A DNA stretch of 64,000 nt from Bordetella parapertussis (GTDB taxonomy: Bacteria > Pseudomonadota > Gammaproteobacteria > Burkholderiales > SG8-39), in the NCBI GenBank assembly GCA_945892985.1, contig CAMDDU010000004.1:9910-73909 (forward strand). Direction: 5' to 3'. Positions 1 through 7,938 of this stretch are shown one piece after another (the stretch's first letter is position 1; the number at the start of each line of letters is the position of its first letter). Both the position numbers and the translations under genes were made by a program. The notes beneath the pieces were generated by a model, which saw only the letters and a program-made list of their open reading frames with translations, searched no databases and had not been told where the DNA came from.

Positions 1-126
1 AAAAACCGGGCTGCGCGCCAGGAATTCAGCAGGCATTTTTCCTCACCCAAGTTCCTGCTCAGTTATCTGGCGACCTTCTTCCCCTATCCCGCGATCGAAC
101 GGATTGCCAGACTGCTTCGACGTTAG
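1..126 (+). CDS. 3' end of a CDS entering from the left edge (partial, function unknown)
   Basis: Frame 1 is open from nt 1 to TAG at 124-126 (..PKFLLSYLATFFPYPAIERIARLLRR*). It is on the same strand as the next gene and ends 18 nt upstream of it. It is absent from the ORF track because it has no start in the window. Confidence 0.3.
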   Translation, partial: KNRAARQEFSRHFSSPKFLLSYLATFFPYPAIERIARLLRR

Positions 127-144
127 AACCCATCATTCACGACT

Positions 145-1278
145 GTGTCCCCTCCCACCAATAAGCCCAGTTTGCGCGAAGCCCGCTTCGAGGACTGCGA
201 CGGCGTGCTTGCGCTGATGCGCCGGAACGGCCTTCCCGTAGAATCGACGACTGCCCGCTGGCATTGGCTTTGGCAAAACAATCCGGCAATCGCCCTGCTA
301 CAGGAACCCTGGCCGATGGGCTGGATCCTGGAGAATGAAAGCGGCATTGTCGGCTATCTGGGCAACGTGCCGATGTTGTACCGGTTTAATGGCAAAACTC
401 TGCGTGTCGGCGCTGCACGGGGGTTTGCCGTGGATCATAGTGCACGCAGCCATAGCCTTCGTCTTGTTGCCGCATATTTTTCCCAGACTGGCGCCGATTT
501 GCTCCTGAACACCAGCGCCAATGCGGCGGCAGCGTCCGTTTGGGGCCTGTGCAAGGCACGCACCGTGCCACAGGCCAATTACGACAAGGTATTGCTCTGG
601 ATACTGAAGGATCGGGCCTTCGTTGAATCCTACCTCCTCAAACTGGGCAAAGCGCCGTGGTTGGCGAAGCTCGCGGCGTTCCTGGCGGCCCCAGCCGTGT
701 CGGCAGAGGGCATCGTGCGCCGCCGTATCCCGCGATCCAGTTCATCAGGAGCCGTTGTTTCTGTCCTCGACCCGAGCGAAATCGGGGAGGAGTTTGACGT
801 ACTTTGGCAGGACATTGTGAAGTCCCGCCCTGACCGCCTTCTGGCTGACCGAAGCGCGCATTCCCTGTGCTGGCATTTTGATACCCAAAACGCCGTGGAG
901 CGACAGGCGAAGGTGATCGCACTGAGACGAAATGGCGTTTTGAGCGGTTACGCCATACTCACGCGGGAGGATTCCGGGAGGCTGGGACTCAAACGCGCCC
1001 GCATCTCCGACATGATTGCGAAAGACGACGACGTCTCGGCTATCGATGACTTACTTGCCGCGTCCTACAAGCAGGCAAAGGCCACTGGCTGCCACGCCCT
1101 GGAGCTTGTCGGATTCCCCGGCTTTGTACGCGAACGCGCCCTTGCCGCAAACCCGCATATCTACCAACTGCCCGCTCCGCCCTACTGGTACAAGGCCCGA
1201 GACCCGTTGCTTGCCTCGGAACTGGAAAAAGAACTGCACTGGTACGCCTTGCCGTACGACGGCGACGCGACACTCTGA
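145..1278 (+). CDS. GNAT/FemAB-like acyltransferase (377 aa)
   Basis: GTG start. The N-terminal region (REARFEDCDGVLALMRRNGL...GIVGYLGNVPMLYRF..RVGAARGFAV) looks like a GNAT fold, with a long C-terminal extension. It is the first gene of the + operon, and the next gene starts 3 nt after its stop. Confidence 0.6.
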   Translation: MSPPTNKPSLREARFEDCDGVLALMRRNGLPVESTTARWHWLWQNNPAIALLQEPWPMGWILENESGIVGYLGNVPMLYRFNGKTLRVGAARGFAVDHSARSHSLRLVAAYFSQTGADLLLNTSANAAAASVWGLCKARTVPQANYDKVLLWILKDRAFVESYLLKLGKAPWLAKLAAFLAAPAVSAEGIVRRRIPRSSSSGAVVSVLDPSEIGEEFDVLWQDIVKSRPDRLLADRSAHSLCWHFDTQNAVERQAKVIALRRNGVLSGYAILTREDSGRLGLKRARISDMIAKDDDVSAIDDLLAASYKQAKATGCHALELVGFPGFVRERALAANPHIYQLPAPPYWYKARDPLLASELEKELHWYALPYDGDATL

Positions 1279-1281
1279 TCG

Positions 1282-2451
1282 ATGAACCAGCCGAAACAAA
1301 TCTCTGACTGGAAGATAGGGGACAGTCGCTCACTCATACACACCTTCTCGGCTGAAGAATTGCACGCGTTTGCCCGTCTCATCGGGGATATGAACCCGCT
1401 GCATGTGGACCGCGCCTATGCCGAACGCACTGCCGCTGGCGGTCCCGTCGTTCACGGAATGCTCGCCGCGTCTTTCATTTCCACGCTCATCGGCGTACAT
1501 ATCCCAGGACCGGGCGCGCTTTGGAATTCGTTCCAGATCAATTGGCGAAAGATGATCCGTATCGGCGATACACTTCGCCTCGAAGCGCACGTGACCGCAG
1601 TACACACAGGCAGCAGCACGCTTGATCTGGAAATACGCGGCTATTGCAGTGAAGAAGTTTATCTTGACGGTAAAGCAAGGGTGATGATCATGTCTGAATC
1701 CAAAATTGGCAAGGCTGCTGGATTATCCGGCAAGCGAATCCTGGTGACGGGGGCGAGCGGCGTTCTGGGCAGTACCATCTGCCAAACTCTGGCCGCAGCC
1801 GGCGCCCATCTGGTTTTATGGGGCAGGGATGCAACGCGACTGAACGAACTCAAATCCAGGCTTGGCGAACCGGCAACCTGTGAGGTGGCGGATCTGCTCG
1901 ATCCGGCCAGCATTGAAGCCGCGCTTGTAAAAACCCTTGCCTCCGGCCCCATCTACGGTTTTATCCATGCGGCGGCCGCTCCCATCGTGTACTCAGCCAT
2001 AGACGATCCACAAAACCAGGTTCAACTCGGCTTGCATTGGTCGGTGAGCGTCGCGGCACTCAATCAAATCGCCCAGCGTGTTGCCGCGGGCATGCACGAC
2101 AGCGGTGTCATCGTTGCCGTACTTGCCGACGCCATACTGGAAACCCCGGCTCCAAAGACATCCGCATATGTGGCGGCCAAGCTTGCGGCATTGGGACTCG
2201 TGCGCGCCTATGCTGCAGAACTCGGAGTCAAAGGCGTACGGTGCAACGCGGTATCGCCCGGCATGATGGATACCCCCTACACACGGGACATGCCGGTACG
2301 CATCAAACAGGTAAAAGCCGCAAGCAACCCGATGCGACGCCTGTGCCATCCGGAAGATGTCGCAAATGCGGTACTGTATCTGGCGGGCGACAGCTCCGGG
2401 TTCATCAATGGCGTGAACCTTCCAGTAACCGGCGGATCGAGCATGTCCTAA
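1282..2451 (+). CDS. MaoC-like (R)-hydratase hot-dog domain fused to a short-chain dehydrogenase/reductase
   Basis: N-terminus: GDMNPLHVDRAYAERTAAGGPVVHGMLAASFISTLIG (MaoC dehydratase signature). C-terminus: KRILVTGASGVLGS (Rossmann TGxxxGxG) and SAYVAAKLAA (YxxxK) of an SDR. Confidence 0.8.
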   Translation: MNQPKQISDWKIGDSRSLIHTFSAEELHAFARLIGDMNPLHVDRAYAERTAAGGPVVHGMLAASFISTLIGVHIPGPGALWNSFQINWRKMIRIGDTLRLEAHVTAVHTGSSTLDLEIRGYCSEEVYLDGKARVMIMSESKIGKAAGLSGKRILVTGASGVLGSTICQTLAAAGAHLVLWGRDATRLNELKSRLGEPATCEVADLLDPASIEAALVKTLASGPIYGFIHAAAAPIVYSAIDDPQNQVQLGLHWSVSVAALNQIAQRVAAGMHDSGVIVAVLADAILETPAPKTSAYVAAKLAALGLVRAYAAELGVKGVRCNAVSPGMMDTPYTRDMPVRIKQVKAASNPMRRLCHPEDVANAVLYLAGDSSGFINGVNLPVTGGSSMS

Positions 2452-2454
2452 GCG

Positions 2455-4305
2455 ATGAGTTTGCCGGATATCCCCTCCGTCTGGCCTGCGCCCCTCAGAG
2501 CCGAGATCGATGAGGCGCTCAAGTCCCGCCGGATTACCGCCGTTCGCAGTGTATTGCGCAAGGTGGGCGAACTACCCGAAGCGATGCGCGGCAGGCCATT
2601 CAACCTTGGCATCGTTCGAACCTTCACCATAGAAACGCAGATCGAAGCCCTTGGGCTTGCGCTCGCTGTGCTGCCTTGCCGGCCGCATCTTTTAGTTGGT
2701 CCGCTTGAAAGCCTGGAGCAAACCCTGCTTGATCCCCAATCGGACCTCCTTCGCGCGCAACCCGACGCAATTCTGGCGCTCTGGAGAATCGATGAGCTTC
2801 ATCCCCGGTTGGCGTACGAAGCCCCCGGCATGTCTGCGACCCAACGCGGGGACGCCGCCGATGCATTAATCGAGCGCCTTGTTGCTTTGTGCAGAAAATT
2901 CACGGCAGTTTCGCCGGCACCGCTGTTTATCTCCACCTTACCCTTGCCTCCCGACTTGGCCGGCCATCCCGCGGACAGTCACGACTCGAATGGCCTTCGT
3001 TCCATCGTGTTCCGGATCAACCACGCCCTGCTGGCAATCGCATCTGGTGGCAATCAAATCCATATTTTCGATTTTGCAGCTTGGGCCGAGCGCTTTGGTG
3101 AGGCAGCGTTCGATCGAAAAATGGACTTCTTTGCGCGCCAGCCATTGTCTTCGGCAGCATTGATGTCCTTTTCCACTGCACTCGCTCGAACCTTCCGGCC
3201 GCTGCTTTATCCTTCAAGCAAAGTCCTTGCGCTTGATCTTGATAACGTTCTCTGGGGGGGGGTAATGGGCGAGGAAGGCCTGCAGGGATTGAAAATCGGT
3301 CATGACTTTCCGGGAAACGTCTATCGGCGCATACAGCAATACGCACTTAATCTCAGGGCACGGGGGACGCTGCTCGTTTTGCTAAGCAAAAATAACCAGG
3401 AGGATGTGGAGGAAGCATTTGGCAGCCTGCCGGACATGCCTCTCAGGCTCGAACATTTTTCGGCGACCCGGATCAATTGGCGCGAAAAGCACACAAACCT
3501 TGCTGAAATAGCCACCGAACTCAGTCTGGGCCTCGACAGCTTTGTCTTTGTTGACGACCAGCAATTCGAACGCGAGCAAATGATGTTCAATCTGCCTCAA
3601 GTCAAAACCCTTCCGGTCACTGAAGATCCGCTTGCAATCCTGAATGCGCTTACGGGTTGCGGGTACTTTGACGCTTATCGCACAAGCACCGAGGATCTGA
3701 TGCGCAGCAACGACTACGCCATGCAGCATCAGCGCAAGGAACTCGAACGCAGAAGCGGAAGCGGCGAGGAATTCCTCGCAACCCTGAACCTTCAGGCGAC
3801 CATCTCCCCGGTCAATGATGCATCGTTGGGTCGGGCGGTACAGATGCTGGCGAAGACCAATCAATTCAACGTTTCGACGCGCCGCCACGACGAAGCTGAC
3901 ATTCGACGCCTGATGGCCGGGCCTCGCAACGTCTTGCTTGTTCTTTCCCTTCGCGACCGCTTTAGCGATCAGGGGATTGTCGGGATCGGCATAGCGGTAA
4001 CCGGGGCGACCACTGATGAAGTTTTCATCGACAGCCTGCTCCTGAGTTGCCGCGCGATTGGACGGGGCGCTGAGGCCGTCTTGTGGGCAGCCATCATCTC
4101 GCGCGTCAATGCACTCGGGTACCGGCGCCTGTCCGCCGATTTCCTTGCCTCCAGTAAAAATCAGCAGGTTGCCGATCTGTTCGATAAGTTCGGCATGCAA
4201 AGGATTGGGGAAGACAGCGGGCGCCGGCGCTATGTCCTCGAATTGCCTGCAAATGCACCCACACCCGACTGGATCGACATACAGGATATGCAGGGCAATG
4301 AGTAA
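2455..4305 (+). CDS. FkbH-like HAD-IIIC phosphatase/acyl-loading protein with a C-terminal GNAT-like domain
   Basis: LALDLDNVLWGGVMGEEG is the FkbH/HAD-IIIC nucleophile motif. The remaining HAD motifs are also present (LLSKNNQEDV.. ; FVFVDDQQFE). The C-terminal part (QGIVGIGIAV..LLLSCRAIGRGAE) matches the acyltransferase-like tail typical of this family. Confidence 0.8.
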   Translation: MSLPDIPSVWPAPLRAEIDEALKSRRITAVRSVLRKVGELPEAMRGRPFNLGIVRTFTIETQIEALGLALAVLPCRPHLLVGPLESLEQTLLDPQSDLLRAQPDAILALWRIDELHPRLAYEAPGMSATQRGDAADALIERLVALCRKFTAVSPAPLFISTLPLPPDLAGHPADSHDSNGLRSIVFRINHALLAIASGGNQIHIFDFAAWAERFGEAAFDRKMDFFARQPLSSAALMSFSTALARTFRPLLYPSSKVLALDLDNVLWGGVMGEEGLQGLKIGHDFPGNVYRRIQQYALNLRARGTLLVLLSKNNQEDVEEAFGSLPDMPLRLEHFSATRINWREKHTNLAEIATELSLGLDSFVFVDDQQFEREQMMFNLPQVKTLPVTEDPLAILNALTGCGYFDAYRTSTEDLMRSNDYAMQHQRKELERRSGSGEEFLATLNLQATISPVNDASLGRAVQMLAKTNQFNVSTRRHDEADIRRLMAGPRNVLLVLSLRDRFSDQGIVGIGIAVTGATTDEVFIDSLLLSCRAIGRGAEAVLWAAIISRVNALGYRRLSADFLASSKNQQVADLFDKFGMQRIGEDSGRRRYVLELPANAPTPDWIDIQDMQGNE

Positions 4306-4540
4306 TCAGGAAAAACTGCTCAAAGCGGCCGCAGAGGTCTTCGGAGTCGACCCGGCAACGATAAACGATGACTCTTCGCAAGAAAGCGTTCCAAAATGGG
4401 ATTCGCTTGGCATGGTAAATCTCGTTGCAGAGCTCGAAGCCGTGTTCGAGGTGCAGTTCGACATTATGGAGATTGCCGACTTCCACACTATTGGCATCAT
4501 TAAAAGCGTCCTTGTCGAAAAGGGAGTTCGCTTTGAGTGA
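4298..4540 (+). CDS. Acyl carrier protein (80 aa)
   Basis: These are the last 80 codons of ORF 4058..4540: MSNQEKLLKAAAEVFGVDPATINDDSSQESVPKWDSLGMVNLVAELEAVFEV.., with a DSL phosphopantetheine-attachment motif. The ATG at 4298 overlaps the FkbH-like stop (ATGAGTAA). Confidence 0.8.
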   Translation: MSNQEKLLKAAAEVFGVDPATINDDSSQESVPKWDSLGMVNLVAELEAVFEVQFDIMEIADFHTIGIIKSVLVEKGVRFE

Positions 4541-4591
4541 CTCGCGCTTTTCGCTTCTTCGTCTCCTCTCGCGAATCGCAGCGCTTATCGG

Positions 4592-5380
4592 GTGGACCTG
4601 ATGGGCTGGCGCAGAGCGGTCTCGCGGATAGTTTCGGAAGCCCATTCGGCTGTGCACTGCCTGAGAGGACCGCGACACGGATTCCGTGTTCTCATGTACC
4701 ACGCCATCGGTACGCCCGCAGACCGCGACCGGTTTGGCTTGTACAGCATTTCCCCGCCGCTATTTGCAAGCCATATGCGGGCCTTGGCGGCTTATCAGGT
4801 ATGTTCAATCAACGACATTCAGACAGATGAAGCTATTGATGACAGATTGCACCTCGCAGTAACATTTGACGACGGATACAAGGACAATCTCTATCAGGCC
4901 GCGCCGATTCTCGTGGATCTTGGCATTCCGTTCACAATTTTCGTATCGACCGGATTTACACAATCTGCGCACCCTTCGTTCCTGTCTCCTGCAGACCTCA
5001 AGGAACTCGCCGGACTACCCCAGGTAACGATAGGCACGCACGGGGTGACGCATACGTCCCTCACCGAATGTGATGACAACTCATTAAGGAGCGAGCTTGG
5101 CGACAGCAAAGCCTATCTTGAAAATCTTCTCGGCCTTCCAGTGAGCACGATGTCCTATCCGTTTGGGGCCGTAGACCGGCGGGTCAGGAGCGCGGTGGAG
5201 GCGGCCGGATACAAAATGGCCTTCTCCAGCAGGTTCGATATCAATCGCAGCGGACGCGATCCTCTTTTGCTTTGCCGGACGGATATTCTCGCCATGGATT
5301 CGGTCAGGATTCTCCGGCAGAAACTCTGTGGCGCCTGGGACTGGTACCGATGGCGCAACCCCGACCCGGCCCTCGCATGA
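4592..5380 (+). CDS. Polysaccharide deacetylase (NodB homology domain)
   Basis: VLMYHAIG.., LAVTFDDGYKDN (NodB motif 1, TFDDG), IGTHGVTH, MSYPFG. The start is either GTG 4592 or ATG 4601. Confidence 0.8.
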   Translation: MDLMGWRRAVSRIVSEAHSAVHCLRGPRHGFRVLMYHAIGTPADRDRFGLYSISPPLFASHMRALAAYQVCSINDIQTDEAIDDRLHLAVTFDDGYKDNLYQAAPILVDLGIPFTIFVSTGFTQSAHPSFLSPADLKELAGLPQVTIGTHGVTHTSLTECDDNSLRSELGDSKAYLENLLGLPVSTMSYPFGAVDRRVRSAVEAAGYKMAFSSRFDINRSGRDPLLLCRTDILAMDSVRILRQKLCGAWDWYRWRNPDPALA

Positions 5381-7203
5381 GTCCGTCAGTCGCCATTGTC
5401 GTCCCGATCCTGAACGAGGCCGCGTCGCTACCGCAACTGCTGGCAGGGATCGCGCAACAAACCGTGCGGCCGCAGGAACTGCTTTTTGTGGACGCGGGTT
5501 CAACCGATGGCAGCGTTGAACTGATTGAAAGCTGGTGGCGTGCTCACGCCTGGCCCCCTGCAGACTGCAAGGTCCTTCGATTGAACGGTGGGCTGCCCGG
5601 TGGCGGCCGCAATATGGGGATCAATGCAGCAAAGTCTGAATGGATTGCCTTCATTGATGGGGGAATTTTTCCCGAGCGTGACTGGATCGAGCAACTTCTC
5701 GCGTGTGCCAAATCACGCAATACGAAAGCGATGTTCGGCTATTGTCATTTTGACGCGGACGGTTCGTTCGAGCGCGCCATATGCGCTCTCACTTACGGAT
5801 ATCTGGCGAAGCATCCCGTACTTCCCGCATCGCTTTTTCATCGCGACGTACTTCGATCTATTGGTCCTTTCCGCGAAGATTTGCGCGCGGCCGAAGATAT
5901 CCTTTGGACGCGTCGGTTCAGTCAGCTCTTCGGCCCCTGGCCCACTTGCCCTGGGGCACGAGTGCACTATCGACACTTCCCTGAAAATGTTTTTTCTGCA
6001 TTTCTGAAATGGCATCGTAACGAGCGCAATGCAGTCCGTGCCGGCGTGCGTAGCTGGCAACATTTTTTCTACTCATTTGGTGTGCCCGCCATTTGGCTTT
6101 CGCCGATTTACTCCCCAGCTGGGGGCGGATTACTGATCCTGGGTTATCTTCTTTTGCGCGGGATCGCCGATCCGATACGTCGCAGTGCAGCGCTCCACTG
6201 GTGGCAAGGCCGCCCGATGGCGTTTTTCATTGCCATTGGCATGTCCGCGCTCATCGACATCGCCAAATGGTTTGGCATAGTAGGGGGGGTTATGGAGCGC
6301 TTGCGAGTTTCGTCTACTGCCCCCCGTGGCAACGGAAACCCGGGGCTTTCGAATATCGATGCTGCCGTGGTATCTGGATTTGGCGATGAGTGGATGCGGA
6401 TGCCGCAAGACAATCTGTCGGTTGATGAACAGACCGGCATTTTTTCCGACTACTTCGATATTTTCCCCTGGAATTTTCTCCCGCACGGGAGTGTTGGCGC
6501 CGATATCGGCTGTGGCAGCGGACGATGGGCGAAACTCGCATCCGAAAAATGCGCTCAATTGCATGCTATTGATGCCAGTACCCAGGTAATCGAAGTTGCA
6601 CGTGGCAATCTTTCGAACCAAAAAAATATCGTATTCCACCACGCCAGCGTGGGGGAATTACCGTTCCCCGATGCATCGCTCGATTTTGCCTACTCGTTGG
6701 GCGTGCTGCACCATGTTCCCGATCATGCTGCAGCAATTCGGGAGATTGCCCGCACCCTAAAACCAGGCGCCCCCTTCCTTGTGTACCTGTACTACGCATT
6801 CGACTCCAGACCCCTCTGGTTCCGGGCGCTCTGGTACGCATCAAATCTGATGCGCGTACTCATTTCACGACTCCCCCACGGCCTTCGCTATGTCATATGC
6901 CAGATACTTGCGCTGATCGTCTACTGGCCGTTGGCAAGGACTGGAGCTGTCCTGGAAAAAATGGGACATATGCCAGACTCCTGGCCTCTTGCCTTTTATC
7001 GCGACAAGTCGTTCTACACCATGCGCACCGATGCGCTTGACCGCTTTGGGACGCGTCTTGAAAAGCGTTTCACGCGTGTCCAAATCAAGGTGCTGCTCGA
7101 GCAATCTGGCTTCAACGAAGTCCGCTTTTCCGACAAACCGCCCTTTTGGTGCGCCGTTGCGATTCGTCGCTCGACCGATGACCCACTAGTGGCGGGGGTA
7201 TGA
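5377..7203 (+). CDS. Tri-partite fusion: family 2 glycosyltransferase, membrane segment, class I SAM methyltransferase
   Basis: ATG 5377 forms an ATGA overlap with the deacetylase stop; the ORF track's 5272 start is an extension. GT2 part: VAIVVPILNEA..FVDAGSTDGS..FIDGGIF. Hydrophobic helices follow (FGVPAIWLSPIYSPAGGGLLILGYLLL, MAFFIAIGMSALIDIAKWFGIVGGV). The methyltransferase part has motif I (GADIGCGSGRW) and LGVLHHVPD. Confidence 0.75.
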   Translation: MSPSVAIVVPILNEAASLPQLLAGIAQQTVRPQELLFVDAGSTDGSVELIESWWRAHAWPPADCKVLRLNGGLPGGGRNMGINAAKSEWIAFIDGGIFPERDWIEQLLACAKSRNTKAMFGYCHFDADGSFERAICALTYGYLAKHPVLPASLFHRDVLRSIGPFREDLRAAEDILWTRRFSQLFGPWPTCPGARVHYRHFPENVFSAFLKWHRNERNAVRAGVRSWQHFFYSFGVPAIWLSPIYSPAGGGLLILGYLLLRGIADPIRRSAALHWWQGRPMAFFIAIGMSALIDIAKWFGIVGGVMERLRVSSTAPRGNGNPGLSNIDAAVVSGFGDEWMRMPQDNLSVDEQTGIFSDYFDIFPWNFLPHGSVGADIGCGSGRWAKLASEKCAQLHAIDASTQVIEVARGNLSNQKNIVFHHASVGELPFPDASLDFAYSLGVLHHVPDHAAAIREIARTLKPGAPFLVYLYYAFDSRPLWFRALWYASNLMRVLISRLPHGLRYVICQILALIVYWPLARTGAVLEKMGHMPDSWPLAFYRDKSFYTMRTDALDRFGTRLEKRFTRVQIKVLLEQSGFNEVRFSDKPPFWCAVAIRRSTDDPLVAGV

Positions 7204-7853
7204 GCCGCATTGTTCGTGCCCTGGCAACCTCGCTAAGAGTGCTTTCTTACTGTTCCCTTGCCCTCCTTTTGTTCGGCGTGGCAATCCTGCTCACTGCAGG
7301 CTTCTGGCTTGCGCCCCCAAAGGATCCGCCTGAGCGATCAGATTTCCTGGTCGTTTTGGCTGGCAGACTGGATCGTTCGACCTATGCGGCCGATCTGTTT
7401 CGAGACGGTCTGGCGCCCAAAGTACTGGTTAGTCGTCCGGCGATAGAGCAGTTTGCCAGGGAGCTTGGTGCACTAAAAATTAAATTGCCGTGCGAGGAAA
7501 ACCTGCACCAACAAATTCTTGTCGGCAAAGGCGTACCGCTACAGGCCATAGAGTTCTTCGGGGAAGGTTCCCTGAGCACGGTCGAGGAGGCGCGAGCGCT
7601 GGACAGACGCGTCACCCCTCCGGCCAGACTGCTCGTAGTGACATCACCGTCCCATGTACTGCGCGCGCGCCTCGCCCTCTCGGCTGCGTTGCGTGACCGA
7701 GGAATAATCGTGCAAGTCGTTCCCACTCCTTATGAACCCCTTCGGACACGCTGGTGGCAGTCTCAAGAATCTGCGAGATCGGTCATTCTTGAAATCGCAA
7801 AGCTGGCTTATTATTTTCTAGGCGGACGATTCTTTTCGCAAGACGGGCATTGA
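7200..7853 (+). CDS. DUF218 (YdcF/ElyC-like) domain protein with an N-terminal membrane anchor
   Basis: ATGA overlap with the upstream gene. TM helix LLLFGVAILLTAGFWL, then DFLVVLAGRLDRSTYAADLFRDGLAPKVLVS and LLVVTSPSHVLRA, which are typical of DUF218. Confidence 0.6.
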   Translation: MSRIVRALATSLRVLSYCSLALLLFGVAILLTAGFWLAPPKDPPERSDFLVVLAGRLDRSTYAADLFRDGLAPKVLVSRPAIEQFARELGALKIKLPCEENLHQQILVGKGVPLQAIEFFGEGSLSTVEEARALDRRVTPPARLLVVTSPSHVLRARLALSAALRDRGIIVQVVPTPYEPLRTRWWQSQESARSVILEIAKLAYYFLGGRFFSQDGH

Positions 7854-7938
7854 GGGCGGCGGTTTGTCGTCGATATAAAATGCCTTATCATGGAGGAAGA
7901 ATAATAAAATATCCCCTACCCCCTCCTGGCGCGCCTGA

